From Octopus vulgaris (lineage: Eukaryota): a stretch of 64,000 nt of DNA. Location: contig OX597841.1 of NCBI GenBank assembly GCA_951406725.2, positions 18,910,001 through 18,974,000 on the forward strand, given 5' to 3'. Shown here piece after piece: positions 25,418 to 40,677 of this stretch. Positions within the stretch are counted from its first letter, which is position 1; each line of letters starts with the position of its first letter. Under the pieces are notes generated by a model. It had not been told where the DNA came from. It was given only the letters and a program-made list of their open reading frames with translations, and ran no database searches. The position numbers and the translations under genes were made by a program.

Positions 25418-25820
25418 GAGTTTGACAAGCTCAGAAAATATAAAGACCTACTCATTGAAATTGAGAAAATGTGGCATCTCAAGGCGGTTACAATACCAGT
25501 GATCGTAGGAGCACTAGGAATGATCAAGAAGGGAACCGAAAATTATATGAGAATGATCCCTGGCTTACCATCCCTGCAAGAAGTGCAAAAGATTGTCTTA
25601 ACTGGTACATCACACGTATTGAGAAGAGCATTGTCGATGTGAGAACTGTTGCTGCTCATGCATTTTAATTTAACTTTAAAAAAAAAAAAAAAAAAATTAA
25701 CGAACTACTGTGTTTGGTTTAATGGCCTACCAATATACACTATGAGTTTCTTTGCCCTAGGAGTCGGGAAGACACTCGGCAAGAAATGGAAGAAAATTTG
25801 AAAGAAGAAAAAAAAAAAAG
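25416..25820 (+). mobile_element. RLE-type LINE extreme 3' fragment in (TAA)n
   Basis: KLRKYKDLLIEIEKMWHLKAVTIPVIVGALGMI...QKIVLTGTSHVLRRAL. Confidence 0.85.
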
Positions 25821-25858
25821 TAATAATAATAATAATAATCTTTGACTTTCTCTTCCAG

Positions 25859-25902
25859 AAACATATTTGAAACATAGTGGCGGTGAGGTGGCCTTCAATT
25901 CG
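25859..25902 (+). CDS. Calpain gene 1 exon (44 bp), shortened EF5 region: KTYLKHSGGEVAFNS
   Basis: ttccAG acceptor, GTAAGT donor; phase 1/0 fits both neighbours. Confidence 0.78.
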
Positions 25903-26192
25903 GTAAGTATCGATATCCGCACCGTCATTATCAACAACATCATCATCATCACTATCATTATCACTATTGTCGCCATCATAATCATCTTCATTCTCCTCAT
26001 CACCACCACTACCACCACCATCCTCTTCCTCCTCCTCATTATTATTATTATTATTATTGTTATAATTCACAATAATGGCTTTAATTACTTTTATTCCTAC
26101 CTCAGTTCTTTTAATTGTATATATCTATCGTTACTTTTCATAAAAAAGCCTTTACTTTTTTTGATTTACGCTTATTTCTCTTTTTACTTTCC

Positions 26193-26259
<67 letters not shown>

Positions 26260-26260
<1 letters not shown>

Positions 26261-26571
26261 TAATGCCAGATACGCCGAAACATTAAATTTATGCGTCTCG
26301 AAACAAACCGATAGAAATCTCTAAAAAATTCGTTATTACCGTATTGGTCCAATTTCAGGGTTAATTTACAAGAAATTTTCCCCTCCTCAGCGGCAAATAC
26401 GCGAGATATAAATGAAATACTTACTCAAACCCATGTTTCGGCGTATCTGGCATTAGAATTTTTCTTCTGCCCTTAATTTGTAAATTATGTATAAATTTTA
26501 CCTTCAAAGGCATTTTTTGATATGCTTGCCATTGATAAGATTTTTTTTCCCGAACAAAATTTTATCCTATA

Positions 26572-26578
<7 letters not shown>
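26260..26578 (-). mobile_element. Second copy of the 9.5-kb HHR family with a 5' inversion; HHR at 26336-26396
   Basis: Minus strand TTGCCG CTGAGGA GGGG..CCCT GAAA TTGG A CCAA TA CGGTAA. 26434-26578 is the inverted element end; TA flanks. Confidence 0.82.
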
Positions 26579-26630
<52 letters not shown>

Positions 26631-26717
26631 CAAGGAAAAATTGTAAAAATGCAGAATGCTAAATTGAAAGAAAATTTTAATGAAATGAGAAATTGAAAAA
26701 ATATATAAATATATATT

Positions 26718-26759
26718 TATTCAAACCAGTTTTCGTCATAGTGTGACTTATCAAGAATA
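26718..26759 (-). ncRNA. Minimal HHR, U3-A8 core variant
   Basis: Minus strand TATTC TTGATAA GTCA cacta TGAC GAAA ACTGGT TT GAATA. Confidence 0.7.
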
Positions 26760-27336
26760 GTTAGGTAAAAAAAGTTTTTTTTTAAATTGATCTATATATA
26801 TATATAGTGAGAATTTGCAAAAAAGACGGAGACAGGTGGTGTAGACAACAAACAGATGTATTAGTTTAACGCTCGTGAAGTGAGAAAGTCTTTTACGTTT
26901 CGAGCCTACGCTCTTCAACAGAAATGACCACAGAAATAAACAGGGAGAGAAAATAGAAAAAGATTTAGTGGCTAGCGATTTATCATGGTGAACTAAATAT
27001 ATATATAATGGTGAGTTCAATTAGAGGTTATAAAAACCGTCTAAGGGATATATATATCCAATGAATTACTGGTGTCTTACCTGTATTATCAGTATTAGTA
27101 TTAATGCTCAAAAATGATAGGCAAGGAAAGGAATAAACCAAAGTTTATCTATATTTAAGGAAAATTAAGAAAATGGAGATAAAATTGATAATTGGTAGAC
27201 ATCAATTATTATTTATTGATTATAAAAGGACAATATCTTCTTCTAATTGTCTTTTATAATCAATGAATAATAATTATCAATTTTATCTCCATTCTCTTAT
27301 TTTTCCTTACACACACACACACACACACATACATAC

Positions 27337-27378
<42 letters not shown>

Positions 27379-27470
27379 GTGTGTGTGTGTGTGTGTGTGT
27401 GACTGTGTGCACACGCGCACGCGCATACACACACACGTACATTCAATATTGTTTTCTGTTTATCTTGCAG

Positions 27471-27506
27471 TGGTTTCCTTATACTATGAATCCTCGAGGT
27501 ACGTAG
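27471..27506 (+). CDS. Calpain gene 1 terminal coding exon: WFPYTMNPRGT*
   Basis: ttgcAG acceptor; WxxxTM calpain C-terminus; TAG at 27504-27506; candidate AATAAA at 27945. Confidence 0.75.
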   Translation, partial: WFPYTMNPRGT

Positions 27507-27611
27507 AGGAAATTCCTGGAACCATGGATCACGGGACAACGTATTCTGGATCACATGATTGCTTCAATAATTATTGGCCAAAATATTTCTCTCTCACGCT
27601 CCGTATGTATG

Positions 27612-27680
<69 letters not shown>

Positions 27681-27792
27681 TTGGAAAATTCAACAAAAAA
27701 TGATTTCTCGTTCTCAGACAGTTTTTGCTCCGTATGTGAATTTTCTGTGTGTATTATACCACTGGTATAGTACTCTTTTTTCCACCTTGTTT

Positions 27793-27851
<59 letters not shown>

Positions 27852-28365
27852 TTCAGCAATATAAATGGCTCCTTTCAAAATTTCTCCGAGAAGCTCTTTT
27901 GATAACCGAAACCATCCGTATGTTATGCAAAAGTGAAAAAGTTAAATAAACGATATATCCACCGATTTCTTGTTCAATTGTTTTATTTCCCAGCCAAATA
28001 TTTTATTTCACAATGTGTGTTTGCGTGTGCGTAGATAGGCATGGCTGTGTGGTTAGGAAGTTCACTGCTTTAATCGTACGTTTGCAGGTTCATTTTCACT
28101 GTGGTACTTTTGTCAAGGGTCTTTTAATGTAGCCCCAGTCAGACTAAGGGTCTGAAGCAGATTTGATTGACAGAAACTCATGAAAATCTTGATATATATA
28201 TTTATAAAGTATATATATATATATATATTAGAAGAAATGAGGTACTCAGAAAATCGGATGGTTTATATTTACAGATATTTATTTGTATATTACATGTTTT
28301 TATACATCATATAACTTAGATCATGTATTAGCGCTTTCTCCCATTCTAGTGGGGTTTTCAAATCA

Positions 28366-28417
<52 letters not shown>

Positions 28418-28472
28418 TTTATAAATATATATATATATTTATTTATAAAGTATACATACATACATACATACA

Positions 28473-28550
<78 letters not shown>

Positions 28551-29072
28551 TGCATACACAGATAGCCAGAGAGAGAGAGAGAGAGAAAGATAGATACATA
28601 TATACGTGTATATGCCTGTACCTACATTTAGAGCGCGTGTGTGTGTCTCATCAGTTCCCATTCGCTTCGCAAACTGGCCTGGATAGAACGGTTTGAGAGA
28701 GAGAGAGCTGTCCAGCTGCAGGGCTGCATCGAACTCCAAGCTCCTCTTTGGTATGGTGACCACAGCTGGATGCCCTTTTTAATTCCAACCATTTTACGGG
28801 GTGTGTTGAGCGTATTTTTCATGCGACAGAAAAGAACAGAGAAGATGTAATAGGAAAAGACGGGATCCGCTGTCGCTGAAAAGAGGAAGTATTTTGGAGG
28901 GAAGGTGGAGGTGAGTGGCGGTGTTGTCGTGTGTTGCAAGGCTAAAGTATGCCAGAGGAAGAAACCCGGATGTCTTGCTTCAGAGGAGATACACACCTGA
29001 AGGAAATAATATGAAGGTAGTAATAGGGTACTGTCGAGGAATAAAAAGCTGAGCCCAAGAGAGTATATGGAG

Positions 29073-29389
29073 CAGTGGTTTTCAATCAGGGTTCCGCCAG
29101 TACAGTCCAGGGGTTCCGCAAGAAGTTACAAAACTGCTAAAATCGACACTAATTTTTAATTCTCCTGTGCAGATAGAAATTTTTTTCCTTGTTTCAGTCA
29201 TTTGACTGCGGCCATGCTGGAGCACCGCCGTTTTAAGTCGAGCAAATCGACCCCGGTACTTATTCTTTGTAAGCCCGGTACTTACTCTATCGGTCTTTTT
29301 TCCCGAACCGCTCAGTTACGGGGACATAAACACACCAGCATCGGTTGTCAAGCAATGCTAAGGGGACAAACACAGACACACAAACATAT

Positions 29390-29462
<73 letters not shown>

Positions 29463-29734
29463 CATGTATACGACAGGCCTCTTTCAGTTTCCGTCTACCA
29501 AATCCACTCACAAGGCATTGGTCGGCCCGGGGCTATAGCAGAAGACACTTGCCCAAGATGCCACGCAGTGGGACTGAACCCGGAACCATGTGGTTGGTAA
29601 GCAAGCTACTTACCACACGGCCACTCCTACGCATTATGTGTACATAAGTCTATTAAATTATTGCACAGGGGTTCCTCGAGCCAGTGGAATGTTTCCTTGG
29701 GGTTCCACTCCAGCAAAAATGTTGAAAAGCACTG
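29073..29734. mobile_element. hAT-type MITE with a nested SINE A (partial copy ~6014-6155)
   Basis: TIRs CAGTGGTTTTCAA / TTGAAAAGCACTG; 8-bp TSD ATATGGAG / ATATGGAT. Confidence 0.82.
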
Positions 29735-30104
29735 ATATGGATGGTGTCTTTGTGTGGTTGAAGGGGATAAGAGGAAGGAAGTAAGAGAGGGCTGGGGCAG
29801 AGTGCCAAAGAACAAGGTGAGCAGATGAGGCTCTGAAGATGTTGGATACTCGAAAATTTCCAGGCATACCGTCTCATGGTTTGTACAAACCATAAGCATA
29901 TGACTCATGGAGTTGCTAAGTGATTTGCCCTCAATCCAGGTAAGAAGGTGATGTTGATAAGGCACAAAAAATGGCGAAACCCCTAGTGTCCATCGCTCAC
30001 AAATGGGATTGTGGGTGAGTTATCTTCCTTGTCCATTGGTGAAGTGTTTCATATACAGCGGTTTGAGAGTATATATACTCTGCCACGTCATTGCATTACG
30101 TATA

Positions 30105-30231
<127 letters not shown>

Positions 30232-30248
30232 TAATAATAATAATGATA

Positions 30249-30292
<44 letters not shown>

Positions 30293-30369
30293 AACAACAA
30301 CAACAATAATAATAACAATAATAACAATAATAATAACAACAACAACAAACAAACAACACCAACAATAAT

Positions 30370-30905
30370 AATGATTTTGCAACAAGTATGGACTTGACGG
30401 AGCAAAAAAGTGGAACGAACATAAACCCAAAGGCATCATGGAAAATGATAATGCAAAGATCTTATGGGATTTTTATGATTCAGTGCGACCATGAGATTGA
30501 GAATAGGAAACCAGACATAGTGTTGATTGAGAAAGAAAGCAAACGATGCTGGATCATAAATATAGCATGCCCAGCTGACAACAAGGTATACGATAAGGAA
30601 GAAAGAAAAGTCGAGAGATATGAGAGGTTAGCTTGGGAGGTTAAGCAGTTGTGGTTAATGAAAAAGGTGGCAATAGTACCAATAATTGTTGGAGAGCTGG
30701 GAATAGTGAGTAAAAATCTTGAGAAGTACATGGAACAAATAGGGGCTGCAATAAGGGTGGAACACTTGCAGAAAACAGTACTGCTTGTAACCGCTCGAAT
30801 ACTTCGGAAGGTGCTCGAAATATAAGAGGAGTTACCTTAGTTCGCTGGGGGTGAACAGCTGATACCGTAATACATTTCCAGCGTTAGAAGCTGTGCAAAG
30901 GCAAT
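30370..30905 (+). mobile_element. RLE-type LINE 3' fragment after (TAA)n/(GAT)n
   Basis: ENRKPDIVLI..CWIINIACP..KEERKVERY..VPIIVGELG..LQKTVLL.TARILRKVL. Confidence 0.85.
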
Positions 30906-31678
30906 AAAATAATAATCCTTTCTACTGGAAACACAAAGCCTCAAATTTGGGGGGAGGAGTTAGTCGACCCCAGTACTCAACTGGTACTTAATTTATCGAT
31001 CTCGAAAGGATGACAGGCAAGGTCAGCTCCAGTGGAATTTGAACTCAGAACGTAGCAGCAGACGAAATGCAGCTAAGCATTTCGTCCGGCGTGCTAACGA
31101 TTCTGACATCTCACTGCCTTAAGAAAAATAATAATAAATGCCCTGATGCAGGACCAGGTACTGGCTCCCGTGGCTCCTCATCTTAACTGATTGGAAGTGT
31201 TATCATGTACATTGTTTTGTCTTGGTATAAAAGATGGCCTACAGCAAATATTCTGCTCAATACCACAGATTTGCTTGTCAGTTGGTTGACCATATCCAGT
31301 TGAGCATGTCCCTTGGGGGCTGACTATATGTGCATCTCTGATCACGAGCAGAAATAGTGGGGGAGCATCATAGCCATGTGTTGAAAGGGATTCTTTGGGG
31401 TTTGGATAATTCACCTCTGGAAACATGGATGTTTCATTCAACATCCTTAAACAACCCTTATTCAGGGACCTTTTGAGCAGGATGGGCTACTCGTTCTGAA
31501 GAAAATTCTAACTGGGCCCCACCTGCAAGGTCATGCGCTGTTTATCTTGATATGAGATCACCATGTCGCGCACACATATGGTTGTGATGTATGTGCCTGG
31601 TGTACCCTTATCAGACGGGTAATCACGATGGGTATACTGGGCTTCGTATATTTTACCCCAGTGTCATAATAGTAATAA

Positions 31679-31726
<48 letters not shown>

Positions 31727-31731
<5 letters not shown>

Positions 31732-32160
31732 AAACAAGTCAAAAATAGAAAATGCTAAAATAATTTTATAGTGAACATTTCAGTACCGGTTTCGGTCATT
31801 TTGAGACCTTTTCAACTGTAACGATTAAATAATTAAATTTGAAAAATTAGAAGAAAAGTTTTTTTAAAAGAATATTTCTATAGTAGTGTTCAGATTTAAG
31901 TGGCATTCTGCCTTTCTCTGACTCCCTTGTTTGCACTTGACTTCCAACACTCAAGTGCAAACAAGGGAGTCAGAGAAAGGCAGAATGCCACTTAAATCTG
32001 AACACTACTATAGAAATATTCTTTTAAAAAAACTTTTCTTCTAATTTTTCTAAATTTAATTATTTAATCGTTACAGTTGAAAAGGTCTCAAAATGACCGA
32101 AACCGGTACTGAAATGTTCACTATAAAATTATTTTAGCATTTTCTATTTTTGACTTGTTT

Positions 32161-32166
<6 letters not shown>
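31727..32166. repeat. Fold-back palindrome of the same PLE pseudo-LTR (~215-bp arms, 10-nt loop); HHRs at 31781-31818 (-) and 32074-32111 (+)
   Basis: Arms closely match 47283-47508; loop CTTCCAACAC at 31941-31950. Confidence 0.9.
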
Positions 32167-32824
<658 letters not shown>

Positions 32825-32833
32825 TATATATAT

Positions 32834-32908
<75 letters not shown>

Positions 32909-33844
32909 GGAATCAAACACGTATAGTAATAAACAAGCGAACGGGAAACAGACACATGTGAAAAACCGCTGCTAAATGCACAGGCAAACAGAGAACAAAC
33001 ACAGGTCACCAATTCTTTATCAATTACCGGCCAAGGTGTTGAGCGCTATTATCAATTATATTGCTTCCACCCAGGAACAACCAGCAAGAGAACTTCATGA
33101 GAAGGAGACCAAAACATAACAAGACAAAATGAGACGGACAAACAAGGATGGAGAAGCAATACGGAAATGGGCATTCGGAAATGGATAAAAGTAAGTCGTG
33201 ACAATGTGTATCCAAGTCCATATGCAACATCTGTATGTGGATGGAGGTACGTGTTGTATGTGGTTGTGTAAAAATATATGTGTATATAACAGTTGAATAA
33301 AGTTATAACATGATCTGGTTTCATGTTTATTATTATTGTATTTTTTTTAATTTTAGTGTTGAAGTGTGTTAGACATTAAAAAAATATGTTGTAATGTTCA
33401 TAAAGTTTAATTAACACTTTCATACGTTCATAGTAATCATCAGATTTTAAAATGTATTAAATTGACAGCTGAGTTCTTGACAACCGTAGTAAAATGACTG
33501 ACTTTTTCCTTTTTATACCTTTTAGAAGGCTCCAACAAGCTGAAGTTTTGGAATAGGGTTTTGACCAATCCGCACGCAGTTTAAACATCACAGTCTGTCA
33601 GACGCTCCAATATTACTGGCACGGATTCCACCTTTACTTTAACCAATTTGCTTGCGGTTTACATTGCGGTTATTTCCGTTCAGAACAGGTTTGAACCTTT
33701 TAATAAACCATTTTTCTTTCATCTTTCTTCCAACCCCGCTTACGTTATGTAGTTTGTGGAAAGGAAGAGTTTGAAGCATTTTCTGACCACATGTCTCTAT
33801 ATGTTCGCTCAGTGGAATTTGGCGAACATTGGTGTTCTGGATAT

Positions 33845-34060
33845 TTGTTGTCTTTGGACTCGCGAAATTTGATCTACAGCATTAAAGGTCCTAATTGCGA
33901 AGAACTATATATTGGCGAGACTGAGAATTCATTATCGCAATACACACTTCAACATTGGAAATTAATTTTTTAAAAAAAACGTGAAAACCAGACCTTGTTG
34001 TAACTTTATTCAGCTGCTATATTATTCTATGTACATTTGCACGGATTCGGAAAAATATAT
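33845..34060 (+). mobile_element. Very decayed PLE GIY-YIG relic (related 3' piece at ~4415-4650)
   Basis: SRNLIYSIKGPNCEELYIGET; the downstream AAAACGTGAAAACCAGACC segment is shared with ~4560. Confidence 0.55.
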
Positions 34061-35000
34061 GTGTGTGTGCATATACATACACATACACACACACACATAT
34101 ATATATGTATGCATGTGCATATGTATACAAATCTATATACATAGGTGTGTGTATGTATATATGTGAATATATGTATGTATATTTCTTTATTGCCCACAAG
34201 GGGCTAAACATAGAGTGGACAAACAAGGACAGACAAAGGGATTAATTCGATTACATCGACCCCAGTGTGTAACTGGTACTTATTTAATTGACCCCGAAAA
34301 GATGAAAACCAAAGCCGACCTCGGTGGAATTTGAACTCAGAACGTAAAGACAGACGAAATACTGCTAAGCATTTCGGCCGGCGTGCTAACATTTCTGCCA
34401 GCTCGCCGCGTATGTATGTATATATGTACGTATGTATGTATATGCGTACGTATGCGTATATGTAAATATACCTGTGTCTCATCGTGCGTATATGTGTGCC
34501 TGAACGTGTGTGTGTGTGTGTATATATATATGTGTGTGAGTGCGTGGTGGGGTAGAAGTATAAGTATGTATATAGATAGAATTGTGTGTGTGTGTGTGTG
34601 AATTTATATATGTAAGTGTACATGAGCGTATGTATGTATAGTGGTAGACGCATATGTTCAGGTACTTGTATATGTTACATAGATGACAGCGTGTATGTAT
34701 GTATTCGTAGGTGTGTGTATGTGTGTATGTGTGTATAAGGGTGTGTGTGTGTTCGTAGATCAGCATAGAACGATGTGTGTGTGTGAATTGTAAGTTCGTT
34801 TATTGAATGACCGGTGAAGATCGGCGAATGGCAATTGCCCGAGTAACCGACCATCAATGGATGAACAGAACAAAGAAACAGATTTGCACTCACTTTGATA
34901 CATCGACCTCAATACTCACCATGTACGCATTATCAGACCTACACACACCATCACACCATCACACCACATATATATATGTATGTATATATATGTATATGTG

Positions 35001-35076
<76 letters not shown>

Positions 35077-35133
35077 GATAAATAGATATATATATGTATA
35101 TGTATATGCATATGTATATATGTATCTATATAT

Positions 35134-35168
<35 letters not shown>

Positions 35169-35177
35169 CCTATATTT

Positions 35178-35216
<39 letters not shown>

Positions 35217-35297
35217 AACACACACACACACATCATCACACTACATATATATATATATGTATATGTATATATACGTATGTATATATATATATATATA

Positions 35298-35333
<36 letters not shown>

Positions 35334-35949
35334 AACACACACACACATCATCACACTACATATATATATATATATGTATATGTATATATATGTATGTATA
35401 TATATATATATATATGCATATATATATATATATATATATATACAAACACACACACCATCACACCACATATATATATATATATGTGAATATGTGTGTGTAC
35501 GAAGGGAAGTCAAAGTACAATCGCTCTTTCACTCCTTCACTGTAACATCTTTATTATTGTCATCCACCCACACACACACACACGCATACACACATGCACA
35601 CACGCAACCCTACACACACGCACACATGCACATACATACATTCATCGACACACACACACACACACACACATGCGCGCACACATACTATCCCCGCCGCACA
35701 CGCCATTCCAAATTGCAGATTTTGGCAGAATTCCCTGTGCCATATTCCAAGCTCAAGATCAAAGACGTGACTGACGGTTGCCACAGTAACCGGAAGGGTG
35801 GGGTGTGGAGTGGAGAGTCGGGCCTAGAGTAGAGAGGGTGAGGCGCGTGGAGCGGGGCAGGAGGAGAGTGGCAGAGCAGAGTGCTTTCGTAGCACCAAGA
35901 ATCGTCGCACAACACTAACTCTCCTCAAACACACACACACATATATGCA

Positions 35950-36137
<188 letters not shown>

Positions 36138-36164
36138 AATATATATACATATATATATATACAG

Positions 36165-36196
<32 letters not shown>

Positions 36197-36534
36197 CCGT
36201 ATGTATATTTGTGCGTGTGTGTCTGTGTGTGTAGTGGAGGCGCATGGCCTAGTGGTTAGAACAGCAGGCTCGCGGTCGAGGGATCGCGGTTTCGAATCTG
36301 AGACTGAGCTTTGTGTGTGTTTATGAGCAAAACACCAAAGCTTCACGCGACCCCGGCACAAAGTAATGGCGAACTTCTGCTGACTCTTTCTCTTACCCTT
36401 TCAGCCTGCAACTTGCAGCTCACCTGCGACGGACCAGCGTCCCTGTGGGAAGTCTATACGCCAATGAAACCGGCCCTTATGAGCCAGGTATGGCTCGGGA
36501 AGGAACGGAAATGTTTATTTGAAAAATACAAGAT

Positions 36535-38149
36535 GGGCAAAAATAGAGAACGTTAAGGAGGCTTTTAAAATTCTTGAAGTAAAATCTGGCAACACTTCAA
36601 TCGATGTAAACTAAGTTGACCAAGGAAGTTGCGAAGATTTATACTGAAGTGCAATGAGTTAACAACCACGGAAAACCGACTTTGATAGAAGCCTCAGGAA
36701 GAGAGTGGTCACCTTGAAAAATGAAGGAATGGCAATTTCTGCTATCGCCAGAGACTTTGACAGGTCAAAGAGTGCTGCTTCAAGAATACTCAAGCTTTAT
36801 GAAGAAGCAAGCTCGTTGGTGCGATTACAAAAATTAGGGAGACCACGGAATTTAAGTGTTCGGCAAGACCGTGTGGTCCCGAGGCTGGTGTTGAGGGATC
36901 GTTTCGGTACTGCTGCAGGTATTTCCTGCTAAGTAAATCGGGATTACAGAATGAATGTGCCTCGAAAGGCTGTGGCTTGTCATTTGAAGGGAGTTGGACT
37001 TCATGCCCATTCCCCAACCACTAAACCTCTAATCAGTATGAAGAACCGAAAAGCGAGGTTGGTCTTGGTCAATGAGAACATACTTTGGACGGACGACAAC
37101 TGATCGCACGTGTTCTTCAGTGAAGAAAGCATGTTCAATTTGGTTGGGTCTAATGGTATACAATATGTGAGACGTAGGGTGGCGAGCTGGCAGAAACGTT
37201 AGCACACCGGGCGAAATGCTTAGCAGTATTTCGTCTGCCATTACGTTCAGAGTTCAAATTCCGCCGAGGTCGACTTTGCCTTTCATCCTGTCAGGGTCAA
37301 TGAATTAAGTACCAGTTACGCACTGGGGTCGATATAATCGACTTTATCCGTCCGTCTGTCTATCCTTGTTTGTCTCCTCTGTGTTTAGCCCCTCGTGGGT
37401 AGTAAAGAAATAGGTACACAATATGTGAGACGCTTTAAAATTGAAAGATCGCTCCCTAAATGCGTCAAGAAATCAGTGAAGTTTGAAGGTGAGGGTTTAA
37501 TGGTGTGGGGAATAATTTCTGCAGCAGGTTTTGGGCCATTCATCCGGATCCGTGTGAATGCCAATGCAGCGATATACAAAACAGTATGTTATGCCAGCTA
37601 TGAGGTCGTCTGCAACTCGTCAGCCGATCTTTATGCAGGGTAATGCTCCTTTTGGGCTGAAAACATTTCTGTGATGCATTGACCAGCTCAGAGCCCGGAC
37701 CTTAATCCCATTGAAAACTTATGGAAGATACTTGGTGGTAAGACGAGAGAGCATCGATCTGCAAATGTTACAATTTTGAGAGAAAATCTTCAAGAGGAAA
37801 TTGGGGAAATCCCGTGAACGGAGATGTGTTGAAGTCATTTCAAATAAAGTAATGTACACATCTTATTAATATTTTGGTGTGGATTGTAAAAATTTCTGGC
37901 AAAATTTTGATTTCTTGAATTTTACTCACGCATTCTCTGATTTTGTTCATTGCGTTTTTTTTTTTTCAAATAAACATTTTTTTTTCCTATTATAAATTAT
38001 TTAGTTATAATTCAGTTCCTACGAAAATTTCTGTAAATAATGAAGATGCTTTAAAGTATAAACAGTAATAATCTCATTCGGAAAAATGAAGTAAAAAATG
38101 TGAATTGCCTTTATTTTTCGTTTCCGTTCTTTGATTTTGGCCACTGCTG
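36535..38149 (+). mobile_element. Tc1-family DNA transposon relic with a nested SINE
   Basis: HTH IARDFDRSKSA, GRPR, FSEES.FNL, VKF.G.GLMVWG.IS..G.GP, QSPDLNPIENLW; right end TTTTGGCCACTGCTG|TA; many stops. Confidence 0.85.
37175..37412 (+). mobile_element. tRNA-derived SINE family B with a 20-bp TSD (other copies ~2837-3050, 3447-3570, 6373-6560, 6590-6970, 30917-31120, 34183-34410)
   Basis: TSD GGTA(T/C)ACAATATGTGAGACG at 37155-37174 and 37413-37432. A-box TGGCAGAAACG, B-box GTTCAAATTCC, central GGTCGACTTTGCCTTTCATCC domain (resembles the MetaSINE Meta domain, from recall). Confidence 0.85.
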
Positions 38150-38287
38150 TAGAGAAGATATCGAGAGGTTTATTTTTTCAGGAAGTTGACTGTTACGGTT
38201 GGTTACGGGGTCATGACATTCAACTTCCTAAAAATGATATCACTGCTGAAATACTTTAGTATGGGCCTGCTTTTCAGATATATAAAC

Positions 38288-38367
<80 letters not shown>

Positions 38368-38798
38368 TCACACATACATAAGAGGATGAATACATACATA
38401 TGTCACAGCACATCGTCCTATCTCACCGCTATTGTACAAGCCTCAACTTCTAAACCTTCCCCACCACACGCACGCACACGTGAACACACCACCGAACAAC
38501 CCATTCTTGTACTGTTGCTTCTAGACATGGCGAACCAGCCTCGCAGAACAGCTGCAGCTATTTGTGCCACGGCTGTTGCGTAGACAAACAAACATACACA
38601 CACGTATTAATACATACTCTCTCTCTCTCTCCCTCTCTCTCCCTCTCTCCCTCTCTCTCTCTCTCTCTTTCCCTTTCTATCTCTGTAACTTAATACTTAG
38701 CACATTACCAAAATCAGCTTCACTTACACAAGTCAAACGTCTCCATAATCTCGTGTACCTTTCGAAGCATATTCTTGCGTTTCAGTTCCGATCTGCAA

Positions 38799-39028
38799 TT
38801 CCTAGAACCGATATTAGCTTCTCTAAATCTCTCGGAAGTTCTTCAAAACTCTAGTAAATTCTACAAACTTCTCTGGAATTCCCAAAACCTATCTCAACTT
38901 ATCTAAATCTCCCTGAAATTCTTCAACTCTCCAAGAACTTCTCAAGGAACTCTCTGGATTTCTATGAACACATCTGAACTTTTCTGATTCTGTTCAAAAT
39001 CCTTTGTATTTCTCTGAAATTCTCAGAA
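38799..39028. repeat. Degenerate 10-bp tandem array (YTCTCTGAAM-like) just upstream of the calpain 2 ATG
   Basis: About 20 units with ~10-bp period, e.g. TTCCTAGAA, TTCTATGAA, TTCTCTGAA, TTCTCAGAA. Confidence 0.65.
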
Positions 39029-39037
39029 CCAACTCAA

Positions 39038-39199
39038 ATGGCTCCGACACCTCACAAAGATAAGCCAACAACTTACGAAGGAATAAAGAAGAAATGTCTG
39101 GCAGAAGGATCCCTTTTTGAGGACCTGGATTTTCCTGCAACATTCAGGTCCCTATTTTTGAAAACTGTACAAAAGGACCTTGTGTGGAAACGGCCGAAG
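39038..39199 (+). CDS. Calpain gene 2, first recognisable coding exon: MAPTPHKDKPTTYEGIKKKCLAEGSLFEDLDFPATFRSLFLKTVQKDLVWKRPK
   Basis: YExxxxxCLxxGxLFEDxxFPA...WKRP calpain motif; GTGAGA donor at 39200. A possible acceptor AG at 39025-39026 suggests an unidentified upstream exon. Confidence 0.93.
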
Positions 39200-39428
39200 G
39201 TGAGAATTAATGTCAGATTTTTATTCTTTTATTTGTTTCAGTCACTTGACTTTGGCCATGCTGGAGCACCGCCTTAATGGAATTTTAGTCGAAGAAATCA
39301 ACCCCAGGACCTAGTCTTTGTAAGCCTTGTACTTATTCTGTCGATCCTTTTTGCCGGTTGTCAACGCCAGTTGCAAGCGGTGGTGGACGGGAGTGGGGAG
39401 GCGAAAACAGACACAAACACACACATAA

Positions 39429-39491
<63 letters not shown>

Positions 39492-39510
39492 TATACATAC
39501 ATATATATAC

Positions 39511-39555
<45 letters not shown>

Positions 39556-39557
39556 CA

Positions 39558-39630
<73 letters not shown>

Positions 39631-39915
39631 GACGGACTTCTATCAGTTTCCGTCTACCAAATCCACTCAGAAGGCTTTAGCGGAAGACACTTGCTCGAGG
39701 TGCCACGCAGCGGGACTGAGCCCGAAACCCTGTGGTTGGTAAACACCTGCGTTTGTTTACCAATGTTTTTCAAGTTGGCGTTGTTGTTGTTGTTGTTGTT
39801 TAGCCCCAAGACAGTCCTGACCCAGTGGACCTGTGATCAAACATGTTCCAGCTATGACCATCCTGTTTTTTATGCTGACATAATGAATCTAGGACTACAT
39901 CCTCTAATGTGTTCT

Positions 39916-40003
<88 letters not shown>

Positions 40004-40392
40004 TGTGTGTGTGTGTGTATGTATGTATGCATGTGTATGTATATATATATATATATATATATATCGTTTTTGGATTTGGTTTGCAAGCTTCTTTATGTGA
40101 GCTCGTGTGTCTCCCCAGACATGACAGACAGACAGACAGCTAGGTAAATAAGTACACAAACTGTATATATAGACTCTGAAATCACAACCACAAATAGGTC
40201 CTGTCATTTCTTGAAAGAACTATTTTTAAAAAGCAAATATCACGTAATTAGCAGACACGCCACGTGCTGATTTTATTGTGAGTTAACCTCTTTTGGCATC
40301 ATACGTATGTGCATCTCAGCACAGGTAAAGCAGTACAGTGCGGCTATCTATTCACTTTTGCGGTGTCTCTGTACGTATGTGTGTGTGTTGAT

Positions 40393-40453
<61 letters not shown>

Positions 40454-40619
40454 TAAATAAAATAAAACATATGCATATATATAAACATATATGTACGTAC
40501 CTACCTCTACATGTACATATACACGCATATATTAGTACAGGACACCAAAAGGACATGGAACACAATGAGAAATGAAAACATAGACACAAACCCAAGGAAC
40601 TGGACATTTTTTAAAAACA

Positions 40620-40674
<55 letters not shown>

Positions 40675-40677
<3 letters not shown>

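Noticed and set aside
27865-27930. Possible HHR (CCGAGAA..GAAAC..GTA), plus partial motifs near 11345, 47140 and 60205
   Set aside because: The core or helices are incomplete or truncated, so a fold cannot be supported.
36236-36310. tRNA-like sequences (also 42680, 54348, 56345) as true tRNA genes
   Set aside because: Acceptor and T stems are imperfect and each runs directly into a repeat body, so they are SINE-type heads.
38275-38290. TATAAA as the calpain 2 promoter
   Set aside because: TA-rich motifs are ubiquitous here and no upstream exon or donor could be identified.
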